Shown: positions 10,718 to 20,094 of the stretch, in pieces
Numbering within the stretch: position 1 is the first letter of the stretch
Layout of the letters: each line of letters starts with the position of its first letter
Source: Nitrospirota bacterium
Lineage (GTDB): Bacteria > Nitrospirota > UBA9217
DNA length: 64,000 nt
Assembly (NCBI GenBank): GCA_963845065.1
Contig: CAWJQQ010000009.1
Coordinates: forward strand, 864,001-928,000
Direction of reading: 5' to 3'
Position numbers and translations under genes: made by a program
The notes under the pieces: model-generated
Seen by the model: the letters and a program-made list of their open reading frames with translations, nothing else
Database searches by the model: none
What the model was told of the DNA's origin: nothing

Positions 10718-10747
10718 TGTCCAGCAGTTCTGCTGCGGGGTAATTCA
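10718..10747 (+). repeat. Solo right end of MITE family A
   Basis: tgtccagcagttctgctgcggggtaaTTCA matches the family right end. Confidence 0.65.
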
Positions 10748-10776
10748 CTTGCAACTTTCTTAGTGATTCTGAACTG

Positions 10777-11031
10777 TTACCTATGCCTCAGTTGTTCTTT
10801 AACACTTCGGCTGACCAGAAGCGGCAAGAAAACCCGTATTTTTGCATCTTTTCTCAGAGCAGCCAGGATCCCCATGTACGCAGGTCGTATTTCCTCAGGG
10901 GACATGTGAAGTTCTTGCGCCAATTTCTGAATTGCGTGAGCATGCTGGTCATTTTCTTTTTCATCATGAAGCGTGTTGATTTTCACTGAACTTTCTTCAA
11001 TCATACAATGCTCCTTTCCTCGAGAAGACAC
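10777..11031 (-). CDS. Small helical protein, DUF3562-like
   Basis: AIQKLAQE...L..L...AKIRVFLPLLVSRSVKEQL pattern; likely start 11004. Confidence 0.65.
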   Translation of the reverse strand: MSSRGKEHCMIEESSVKINTLHDEKENDQHAHAIQKLAQELHMSPEEIRPAYMGILAALRKDAKIRVFLPLLVSRSVKEQLRHR

Positions 11032-11067
11032 AAAAAAAATATGCTTCCACTCGAATGTCTCCGATGC

Positions 11068-11283
11068 TTATTGTTCTCGAAGTGCCTTTGCTAGGAACAA
11101 GGGGCATGTCTCATGATCCTCATTACAGCAGTAAGTTGTTTTTCTGAGACTATCGAGGACCACAGACATGACAGATGCTAAGTAAAGATCGTTTTCACTT
11201 CGCTTGTATGGGCACATCGTGTCATTGACAATGGATATCGTAGAATTAGTTTGAACAGTCAGTCGATAATTATTCACTATCAC
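11068..11283 (-). CDS. Small Cys-rich hypothetical protein
   Basis: CPY...YCCNEDHETCPLFLAKALR; directly downstream of a Pho-box promoter. Confidence 0.6.
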   Translation of the reverse strand: MIVNNYRLTVQTNSTISIVNDTMCPYKRSENDLYLASVMSVVLDSLRKTTYCCNEDHETCPLFLAKALREQ

Positions 11284-11299
11284 CTTTCTTTCAATTGAT

Positions 11300-11333
11300 A
11301 GTATAGTCTTTAATTGTTACAGGAATATTACAA
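11300..11333 (-). promoter_or_regulatory. Pho-box promoter
   Basis: Minus strand TTGTAAT-ATTC-CTGTAAC-N10-TATACT. Confidence 0.75.
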
Positions 11334-11402
11334 GAATAAAAAAATAATTACATTTATTATCAGGACATTATATCGCCACATTCAAAGCAAGCTGAAGTTT
11401 AT

Positions 11403-11521
11403 TGAGCCGCAAGAAACACCAGACTCCTGTCTGGTGATGAAGCGGCAGCCTGCAGGGCTCATGCAAGATTTTCGCATGTAACATTTAAAGAAGCCCCCAA
11501 GCTCCCGCTGGGGGAGTTTCA
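11403..11521 (+). mobile_element. Palindromic MITE family B (IS200/IS605-derived)
   Basis: TTTAT upstream; left hairpin caccagac/gtctggtg inside gccgc...gcggc; right hairpin ccccca...tggggg; ends TTCA. Confidence 0.65.
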
Positions 11522-11697
11522 CTTGTCCGACGGACGGTTCATAGACGGGTAAATTAGTTGCTACTGAAATTTCGACCTTATATTTCGCAATCTACAGCAT
11601 TTGGCATGCCATAGCCGTTTCAGGGGATAGTTCCTGTTGTATTATTAACTTTTGTGAATAACAATCCGGGAAATATCTCGTTATGTTTTTTGATTTA

Positions 11698-13010
11698 TTA
11701 GCCCATTAGAATTCCATTATCTTTATTGAATGATGCGAGTTTTCCCAAATCCGGTTGTTTGGTGCCGTTGAACAAATCGCAGGCAGTAAAATATTTTATA
11801 TCCTCGATCCATAGTTTCCTAAACTTTTCATCTCGTATCATCGTTCCGTAAAAATGACGCGGGGATGTGAAAAGCGATATGAGTGGCCCGATCATTTGCG
11901 AAGGGTCCCTGAAACATTCCCAATCGCATCGTCTGCAGGACGCATCTCTATCGGTCCCTGACAGGTCTAAGTCCCAGAATTTGCCGAGGTTCTCGCTTCC
12001 CCTATAGCCACAGGGATACGTATTGCCGTCGCGTGCATCGATAAAGAAATAATCGATTCCTCCTCTACATGAATGATATGCTTGTTCATTCTCAGCCTGT
12101 TGTCGAATGAGCGAATAAAGGGAACTTCTCGGAGAGAAGATCCTGATGCTGTTCCTGAATTTAGGTATTGTATGAAAGAGCGCTTTAAACAATAGCGCTT
12201 TATCGGCTGGAGCATACTTTGTGATCCCAGACGCATTGGTTGCGCCATAGATAGCATTGAGCCCATTCACTGCGCTTTCCTCTATGCTCATAGGGTAACA
12301 GGCGTTCACGATGGTAAACCCCATATTGATGACCAGATTGTAAAATCTCTCAAAGGCCGATCGGTAAAACTCATAGAACTCCGACGGGTCCGAAGACGGC
12401 GGCCGCGATGAACCCCCCACGTTTCTGTTGATACCGAGATTCGCGGATGGGTACATGCCATGTGCATGAAAAATCGGAAGTGCCTTTTCAATACCTCTTA
12501 TCACGCCGGGAAGGCCCCTCATCTCTTCATGCACAGCCGGATCGGCAGAGTCGATGCTTATCCAGAATGTGTAAAGTCCACTATCGACGAGCTGTTCTGC
12601 AATTTTTGCTACCCTGTCCCGGTAGTCAGACCGTTCATGGTTCGCAAAAAGGTAACCATTAGTGCCAGTCCTCGTGTATTTGATGCCCAAGTTTCTCGCA
12701 TATTTCAGCAGATCTACTATTTCATCGATGTACAGCAGAGGCTCTCCACCGGTAAAAGACAATGCCGTGATTCCTTTTTTGGCGGCAGCATCGATGATCC
12801 TTTTTGCAGAGCTATGCTCTAATTTTGAGCGTTTGAAGGCTTAGTTACCCGCATGGAACATTGAGGGCATCGGGCGTTGCACGCGTCGGTATACTGTATG
12901 ACGAGTTGCGCAGGACTGCGACCTTTCAGCAGCGGGAAAAGTGCTTTAAGCGGAGAACAGTATTTTTTTTGGAGGTGCACGTTGGATGTGGTTTTATTAT
13001 TTACAAGCAT
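11698..13010 (-). pseudogene. Radical SAM/SPASM-type protein with a frameshift near 12840
   Basis: CNARCPQC in ORF 12819-13010; SFTGGEP, CRGG, YPCG and CRRCDWEC in ORF 11698-12762; one added base joins them. Could be a sequencing error. Confidence 0.85.
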
Positions 13011-15420
13011 TTTTCTCTGCCCCGAATTTGTCCTGGAGGATAGTGGAGTATATGTCGTTTTCGTGAGGTTGGTTGTCTTCGATAAACCGTCTGGCTTGTT
13101 TGCCCATACGAATGGCTACCTGTCTGTCCGCTATAAAGAACTGCATGGCGTTGATAAGCGCAGACGCATTATTTCCTTTTACGATGAACCCGCTCTGCCC
13201 ATCCTTAAGCAGCTCCCTGGGGCCGCCCTGGTCAGAGACAATGACAGGAAGACCGGATGCCTGCGCCTCGAGGACGACGTTACCGAAGGTGTCAGTCGTG
13301 CTCGGGAAAACAAAAACATCAGCAGAGGCATAGGCCTGAGAGAGTTCCTCCCTCGATAGAAACCCGGTAAAGAGCACCGGGTAACCCTTCAGCTTCTCCT
13401 CCAACTCTTTGCGGTACGGACCATCTCCGACCAAGATGAGGTTGCTTGCTGAGCCTGAATCCGTCAGGGATATGAATGAGCTCGCCAGGAGTTCCAGGTT
13501 CTTCTCTCGTGACAACCTTCCCACATACAGAAATTTAAGTTCACCGTCAAGTCCGCAGCGGAGCCACAGATTGGGATCCCGTTTTTCCGGCGAGAATGTA
13601 GTTGAGTCAACCCATCGCGGCAACGGCTTTACTTTTTCGGGTACTAACCCTTTTTCTACCAGCTGCGTACGGGTGCTCGATGAGGGGACCATTACCTCTT
13701 CCATGAGGTTGTAGAACCATATCATGTAATTCCAGGCCACATCCTCGAGGAAGGAATCGTTAGTGAGGCTCTTCACATATTGGGGGATGTCTGTATGATA
13801 TGTGCCAGAGATGGGAATATCCATGAGCTTGGCGATGAAGAGCGAAAGCAGCCCCAGAGTGCCGGGCGTACTCGCGTGGATCCTTGTAAATCCTTGCCGG
13901 TCGAAATAATCGATAATATCTAGGACTGGGGGGAAGTGGAGTTGCAATTCCGGATATTCCGGCAAGGCAAACTTTCCGATCGATTTGAAGGTCATCACTC
14001 CGTTTTTGAAACTTGTTTCCTGATCATTTGCCGTAATGACCACAAGTTCGATCCCCCTTTTTTTAGAAGTTTCGGTCAGCCGTTTTATGGTGATGGCGAC
14101 ACCGTTGATCTCCTCCAGAGTATCCGTAAAGAGGGCGATCTTCTGACAACGACCGTTGCCTTCCTGCAGCGAGAACTGCATAGCGAGTTCCCGAACGAGG
14201 TCCTTGCTCCGATGCTGGTGATGAAAAGCTACGTAATAGGGTGATGCAAGGAAATGAATGAATCCGATAGTGACCAAGGAATTCATGATTTCCATAATGC
14301 CTACATGCGGGTATACTCTCGTTAGACGTTCCGAATAGATGTAGATGAGTCTGTTGACGAGATAGCTCGTGACCGTAAAAACTTTTCTGTTAATATCTTC
14401 GGTGCTGATGGTCTGGATGAACTTCGCATCATTGAGAAGCCTTTTTGCTTCGAGGTCAAGGATCTGCTCGAATGTTTTGCCGTCATGGCCGTCGAAGACC
14501 TCGGGAAGGTTCTTTTTAATGAATAGATTGATTTTGTCAGAAAGAGATAATTTCCCGTCGTTCCAGTTAAGCACTCGGATCAGGAGGGCATTGATGAAGG
14601 TGAAGCGGTTGTTCTTCTGCGGCTCGATCTTTTCCTTGAAAAACCGGTAGCCAATGCCGTATATGCTATGTGACAATGTGAGCGCATCGCCGTCCTCTCC
14701 CTCCGCCCGGACCTGCCGGTCCCTGATGGCGGCCATGAAATCCGCGAGATTTTCCCCGCGTTCGGAGGCTGTATAGGCACGCGCTATAAAAAAGCCGCTG
14801 TGATCATCGGACCCGCCGACCATTGATTTTTCCCACGGTTCCTGGCTGTAAGGCATTATTCCGTGTTTATCGACTAGGTTAGCAATATGGTGCTTGTTTA
14901 GAGAAGAGACAAGGTCGCAGATCAGGCTATTATATATTTTGGACCGTGACCCGTTTTTCACTTCGAAAACATCGAAAAGCAGCAGCATTTTTTCGATGGT
15001 CTCCAGCGTGAGCCGCGAGTTCATGTCATAGAGGACATGTGCGAGAAAATGGACGATTTTGTTCTTTTGAAGGTAACCGACGAGTTCATAGATATTCTTC
15101 CGCAAGGACATGATATCGCCGAACATATTCTCTGTGATGTCCAGTACCACTACGTGTAGTTTACACTCGTTTTCAGGAAGGTATGTTGTTACCTCCGTAC
15201 TGATGAACGTTCGAGGCAGATGGGCGATCTCGAGCGCTCCATTTATTGAATTATGATCAGTGATGGTGACATGATGCATGCCTTTCTTTAACGCTGTATC
15301 GTAAATGAATTCAGGTTTTGTGTAGCTTTCAGGGCAATTGAACTTGCGTAGGGTCCAACTGGAGGGCTTGTTCGAGTGGCTTGAATGAACATGTAAATCG
15401 ATTTTATAGTTTTTTAACAT
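12997..15420 (-). CDS. PHP-domain + GT4 glycosyltransferase fusion
   Basis: N-terminal DLHVHS, ITDHN, GGSDDH; C-terminal FTDT..EINGV, YHT, VGRLSREKN, FPSTTDTFGNVVLEA. Confidence 0.92.
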   Translation of the reverse strand: MLKNYKIDLHVHSSHSNKPSSWTLRKFNCPESYTKPEFIYDTALKKGMHHVTITDHNSINGALEIAHLPRTFISTEVTTYLPENECKLHVVVLDITENMFGDIMSLRKNIYELVGYLQKNKIVHFLAHVLYDMNSRLTLETIEKMLLLFDVFEVKNGSRSKIYNSLICDLVSSLNKHHIANLVDKHGIMPYSQEPWEKSMVGGSDDHSGFFIARAYTASERGENLADFMAAIRDRQVRAEGEDGDALTLSHSIYGIGYRFFKEKIEPQKNNRFTFINALLIRVLNWNDGKLSLSDKINLFIKKNLPEVFDGHDGKTFEQILDLEAKRLLNDAKFIQTISTEDINRKVFTVTSYLVNRLIYIYSERLTRVYPHVGIMEIMNSLVTIGFIHFLASPYYVAFHHQHRSKDLVRELAMQFSLQEGNGRCQKIALFTDTLEEINGVAITIKRLTETSKKRGIELVVITANDQETSFKNGVMTFKSIGKFALPEYPELQLHFPPVLDIIDYFDRQGFTRIHASTPGTLGLLSLFIAKLMDIPISGTYHTDIPQYVKSLTNDSFLEDVAWNYMIWFYNLMEEVMVPSSSTRTQLVEKGLVPEKVKPLPRWVDSTTFSPEKRDPNLWLRCGLDGELKFLYVGRLSREKNLELLASSFISLTDSGSASNLILVGDGPYRKELEEKLKGYPVLFTGFLSREELSQAYASADVFVFPSTTDTFGNVVLEAQASGLPVIVSDQGGPRELLKDGQSGFIVKGNNASALINAMQFFIADRQVAIRMGKQARRFIEDNQPHENDIYSTILQDKFGAEKNACK

Positions 15421-15695
15421 ATTCTTTTTTGTATCGTCTCTATTTTCATATTTTTAACTTATTCGTGGTATTTTGATTAAATGGCATTCAGTTATTTCAA
15501 AGGTTAGCGCTTCGATTTGGCGCAAAGAGAATAGAGATGTGTTGGAGTATTTTTATCAGCATCGCCTCCCACCGAGACGTATTCGTCCGCCCTGTTTGGA
15601 TATTACCGCAAAGTATGTGCCGGCGAGCATTGTCATGCCTCTGTTCGACATTAAGCCAAAAAAAATCCAGATACGAACGAAAGAAGTTTCCTTAG

Positions 15696-15926
15696 TTATC
15701 TCGTGATTCCCGTCGACTGTAATTGGCGCATGAAATTTTTTTCGTAATGAGACTTAATATCAAAAGGAAAACAATTACTAATATTATGCTTCAGAACAAT
15801 GTCACGCTTGTTGGACCTAGCTGCAGGCCCATAGACAATCATGGCGAAAAGCCCCGTTGCTATAACCATAAATAACAGCATATCAGCGATTGTTTTTGCT
15901 TGATAGCGATTTATGTCACTATTCAT
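15696..15926 (-). CDS. Small single-TM hypothetical protein
   Basis: SD AGGAGG before MNSDINRY; one hydrophobic helix. Confidence 0.45.
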   Translation of the reverse strand: MNSDINRYQAKTIADMLLFMVIATGLFAMIVYGPAARSNKRDIVLKHNISNCFPFDIKSHYEKNFMRQLQSTGITR

Positions 15927-16076
15927 GCTTTGACCTCCTGATTCGACGCTGTGTTCGCAGGACAGAACCATCAATTTAGGTTGAGCGAATCCCTGCATAG
16001 AGTCAGTAAAACGAACTACTTTTTATAGAGCATGGATCATATGGGAATAGCAGCCTAGAATTGTTCAAAGGGTACC

Positions 16077-16134
16077 AAATCTTATTTACGCGCGTATTAC
16101 GTTTTGGTTAAGATTGTGTGAAATGAAGTGTGAA
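16077..16134 (-). promoter_or_regulatory. Possible Pho-box promoter
   Basis: Minus strand TTCACA/TTAACC/GTAATA at 11-bp period, then TAAGAT; faces the small gene and the PHP-GT4 operon. Confidence 0.5.
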
Positions 16135-16212
16135 TATTTGGAACGGATTTCCTAAACATTCTGTTACAGGAGACTCTCAACGCTCAACAACCGTCTAAAA
16201 TTCCAGAGATTC

Positions 16213-16234
16213 TTGACATCCTCCCCGGCCTCAC
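16213..16234 (-). repeat. Right-end fragment of the IS200/IS605 family seen at 59378-60858
   Basis: Reverse complement gtgaggccggggaggatgtcaa matches 60837-60858 at 21 of 22 positions. Confidence 0.75.
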
Positions 16235-16304
16235 CAGGCTGTCCGACAATTCCTATTTGATATGGTAGAATAGGATGAAATAAATCGGACAAGGAGAGCG
16301 GGAG

Positions 16305-17554
16305 ATGACATACATACCCTCGCACAAAGACCAAGCGTGGTTATTACCACCGAGCATAGAGGAGTTGATTCCTGAGGACCATATCTGCTTTTTGGTAGAA
16401 AGCATTGTGGATAATCTTGATTACCAGGCATTCGACATCAAATACTCCGGCGCAGGACATCCTGCCTATCATCCAAGTATCCTGCTAAAGCTCTTGGTCA
16501 TGGGAGTCCTGGACAGAGTGCGGTCTTCACGCCGTCTTGCCCGGAATGCCCGCGAAAACGTGGTGTACCTGTATTTATCCGAGAAGCTAACTCCTGATTT
16601 CAGGACGATTAGCGACTTTCGAAAGGACAACCCAGCTCTCGTAAAGGAAGTGTTTAAGCACACAGTAAGCTTTGCGAGGCAAGAAGGCCTTCTCGACCTG
16701 TCTCATCTTTCGACGGACGGGAGCAAGGTAAAAGCCAATGCATCGAACCAGAGAGTGATGAATAAGGATGAACTAAGAGTTTTGCTGAAATTTGTCGACG
16801 ACGAGCTTGAGGAATGGTCAAGACAGGATAGCCGGGAAGACAGCGAGTTCGGCGACTTGCGGGGAAGCGATCAGTTGCCGCAACAGAGCAAGAAGACCAT
16901 TCGGAAAGCGGCACAATATTACATCAAGAAGGTCCGTGAGAAAGGGCCGTCTTTTAAAGAAGAAGTACAAAATCGTCTTGAAAATGCCAAGAGGGAAGCA
17001 GACGACCAGAAGCTAAAGAAGGTCAGCATCACTGACCCGGAAAGCCGCTTTATGAAGAACAAGAAAGGTCGGATCGAGCTATCCTATAGTCCTCAGATCA
17101 CGGTAGACAAAGAAGGGTTCATCCTAGCGAATGACGTGACGCAGAGCCCCGTCGATACCGGGCAGCTGCAACCTCAGGTTTTCCAAACAGAAGAGAACGT
17201 GGGACGGATGCCTGAAGGTGTTGCCTGGAGTTTTGATGCGGCCTACTTTGAAGGCGCTAATATCAGGTTTCTGGCAGACAGGAAGATCGATGGCTACATA
17301 CCGGATAACAATGAAAAGAAAGGAGTAGCTCCCTTTGACAAGGAGCATTTTGAATACGACGCGATCAGGGATGAATATTGATGCCCGGGAAACAAGCCGC
17401 TACCCTTTCTGGGAGCACATTTTGACAAGCTGAAGAACAAGATATATAAAGGTAATGCATGCCCTACTTGCCAGAGCCAGAGCAAATGTACGAAGCGGAA
17501 AGATGGGATACGATATCTCAAGATGTATCCATGGGAGACAGAGAGAAACTCCAT
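16305..17554 (+). pseudogene. IS1182-family transposase with a premature stop and 3' truncation
   Basis: LLPPSIEELIPEDH, G.PAYHP, SSRRL, PDFRTISDFR, DGSKVKANAS, SITDPESR; TGA 17379-81, then in-frame CPG...CPTC...C up to the MITE; probable left end near 16237. Confidence 0.9.
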
Positions 17555-17559
17555 TTTAT

Positions 17560-17699
17560 AAAAGCGTCCTCAAATACCCAGCAGCTCTGCTGCTGGGATG
17601 AAAAGGACATCCTGACGGAGTCAGGATTAGCCTTTTGTTTCGACGTGTCTTTAGGTTTCAAGGCCAGATGCCCCGCAGCTCTGCTGCGGGGTACTTTCA
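17560..17699 (+). mobile_element. 140-bp palindromic MITE family A
   Basis: Near-identical to 36320-36459 and 38123-38262; TTTAT|...TTCA; three hairpins. Confidence 0.92.
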
Positions 17700-18844
17700 C
17701 TTTGTCCGCGTGTCGGATCGGCGAAAAATCGGTAGAGCAAATACAGGGCAAAGCAGGACGCCATAAGTGGCGGCAGCCAAATTGCCTCTGCGTGCGGTGC
17801 AAGCAGTGGTTGGAAGAAGCCGCTGCAAATCAAGGCCAACGCAATGCCTGTAAGCAGTATTCCGGCCACTACCCGCTTTTCGATCAGAAAAGCCTGTGAC
17901 AAGAACACGGCAATCGCTGGACCGAGCAGAGCATAGGTTACGGTCTCTGTTCGTGGACTGAACAATATAATGTAGGTTGCGGTCAGTGAAAACAGATAGA
18001 CTGTATAACGGTCAGGATGATGCCCCCGTCTAGCTACGATGCATAAAGCAAGCGTTATGAATGCGGCGATGAGACGACATGATGTCTGAATAAATTCCGG
18101 CACTTCGAAACCTGCGACCCGCAACGCGGTGAAGGGCGTCGACCAGCCATTGGCCACAACGCCTACGTGAGCAGCCATCGTTGTATTGTGGAGGCATGCC
18201 GAGTATTGCTGAAGAACGTAGCCGGGGTGCTGTACAAGAAAAGGCGCAAGTGCCATTGCTACCATTCCAAGGAAAACTCGCCAGGTCATCGGGCGTTCGA
18301 TTACCATGATCAGCAGCACGAGAACGATGATCAGGGGCTTAAGAGACAGACCGAGCGACAACCACAACGTCGCTCGCCACCAACGGGAGTGGGCCACATC
18401 ACCGACCGCCAAGAGCATTAAACCGGTCATGGCAAGTGTAGCCTGTCCATTCCGCGCACAGTCCCACGCAAAAGGAATGGTTACGAGTGTCATCAGCGGA
18501 AACAGTTCAATTCCCGATCTCTCACCCGCGTGCTGTGAAAAGTTGCGGAGGCCTATCGCGAAGGTCCCGATGTTGACGACGCGCCAAAACACTTCGCACA
18601 AAACCCGCGGGAGTAAGGCAAAAGGTACAAAGAGAATCGCAGCCTGCGGCAGGTAGACGAACCCACCGATGCCGGATCCGTCGTAAAGGCCCACTCCGTT
18701 GATCCAGTGTAAAGCGGCTTTCCAATAGGCGGGAATAGCCACGCGTGTGTTTCCGGCTACGATCATCGCAGCAATCACGAAGAACAGAGTGACCCAGCCA
18801 AACCACGCAAATTGGACTTTCCTTCTAACGGTTAATGATGTCAT
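17651..18844 (-). CDS. GT87/DUF2029-like membrane glycosyltransferase; C-terminus extended by the MITE
   Basis: Polytopic; FVYLP, NGQ, LKP and SPRTE motifs. Confidence 0.8.
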   Translation of the reverse strand: MTSLTVRRKVQFAWFGWVTLFFVIAAMIVAGNTRVAIPAYWKAALHWINGVGLYDGSGIGGFVYLPQAAILFVPFALLPRVLCEVFWRVVNIGTFAIGLRNFSQHAGERSGIELFPLMTLVTIPFAWDCARNGQATLAMTGLMLLAVGDVAHSRWWRATLWLSLGLSLKPLIIVLVLLIMVIERPMTWRVFLGMVAMALAPFLVQHPGYVLQQYSACLHNTTMAAHVGVVANGWSTPFTALRVAGFEVPEFIQTSCRLIAAFITLALCIVARRGHHPDRYTVYLFSLTATYIILFSPRTETVTYALLGPAIAVFLSQAFLIEKRVVAGILLTGIALALICSGFFQPLLAPHAEAIWLPPLMASCFALYLLYRFFADPTRGQSESTPQQSCGASGLET

Positions 18845-18976
18845 CGATCTTTCTTATATCGCATATTTAGCAATAACCTTTTTCTCGCAAAAAGATTACG
18901 CAACAGAATATACATCAAAAATGTTGCTTGATTATTACGGCCGTACGGAATATCAACTGTCGGTTTATCAATGAAA

Positions 18977-19669
18977 TTATGATTCAACATAGTAGCCGAT
19001 TCCTCGCCTCGTCCTGACATACTTGGGACTCGAAGGATCGTCTTCAATCTGGGTGCGCAACCGCCTGATGTGGACGTCAACGGTCCTTGACTCGACGAAG
19101 GTCTCGTCCTCCCATACGGCATCGAGGAGTTGGTCCCGACTGAACACTCGGCCGCGGTGCTGGATGAGGTAGAGAAAAAGTTTGAATTCTGTGGCGCTGA
19201 GACTGAGCGGGACGCCCCGTTTCAAGACCGTGAAGGTCTCCAGGTTGATCACGAGATCCCCCAGCGTAATCGTTTTTTCCATTGACGTCCGCTCACCGGA
19301 CCTGCGCAGGATCGCTTTGACCCGGGCAATGAGTTCTTTGGGGCTGAACGGTTTGGTCATGTAATCGTCGGCGCCGGTCTCCAGACCGCGGATCTTGTCC
19401 GTTTCTTCACCTTTGGCTGTCAGCATGATGATGGGTATTTGGGCGGTTTTCTCGTTGTTTCTCAGAATGCGGCAGAGTTCCATACCGTGAATGCCGGGGA
19501 GCATGAGGTCGAGCACGATGAGGTCGAACCTGTCTTCCCGGACCCGTGCAAGCGCCTCTTCGCCGTCCGAAGCAGAAGCAACTGCGTACCCCGCTTTCTT
19601 GAGGTTGTAGGAAACAAGCTCTGTGATATCAGGCTCGTCATCGACAATCAATATCTTCTGGGCTGTCAT
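18977..19669 (-). CDS. phoB: PhoB/PhoP-like OmpR-family response regulator
   Basis: DLMLP, IPIIMLTAKGEETDKIRGLETGADDY, RTVDVHIRRLR; sits in the phosphate-starvation region. Confidence 0.8.
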   Translation of the reverse strand: MTAQKILIVDDEPDITELVSYNLKKAGYAVASASDGEEALARVREDRFDLIVLDLMLPGIHGMELCRILRNNEKTAQIPIIMLTAKGEETDKIRGLETGADDYMTKPFSPKELIARVKAILRRSGERTSMEKTITLGDLVINLETFTVLKRGVPLSLSATEFKLFLYLIQHRGRVFSRDQLLDAVWEDETFVESRTVDVHIRRLRTQIEDDPSSPKYVRTRRGIGYYVES

Positions 19670-20094
19670 AGAGATAATAATCTCACTGATCGTAAAAAGG
19701 GTGACCGGGATTTCCCGGCTGACAAGAACTATTATTATCTATTCCAATAAATTTGTCAAAGCCGTTTTGTTGATGCATGTGCTTAGGAAATTAGCGCGGG
19801 AAACCCCCTGTGCTGTAACGGTGGGAGTGCGTCAATCGGCAAGATCTGCTGTATAGGTGATTGCGCAGGTGCAGCTTACTAGTCTAAATTGGGCTAGACA
19901 GTCGGTTGAAGGGCGCATCGTCTTTTTATGCTGCGTCCCTCAACCGCATATAGATGTTTTAGCTGGAATTTTACAGCATTAAAATCTTGCATCTATTGCT
20001 TCATTGTGGCATCCAGTATATATTGTATTAAGTTTACTGTTTCATCTATCCCGAAAAAGCTCAACTCCAGCCGACTCGATTAGGGATAGACTAT

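Noticed and set aside
17379..17381. In-frame TGA next to Cys in the IS1182 transposase (DEY*CP) as possible selenocysteine
   Set aside because: The position is the variable residue of a Y-x-CP motif, I saw no SECIS-like hairpin at the 14-nt offset, and the gene is also truncated; simple nonsense mutation
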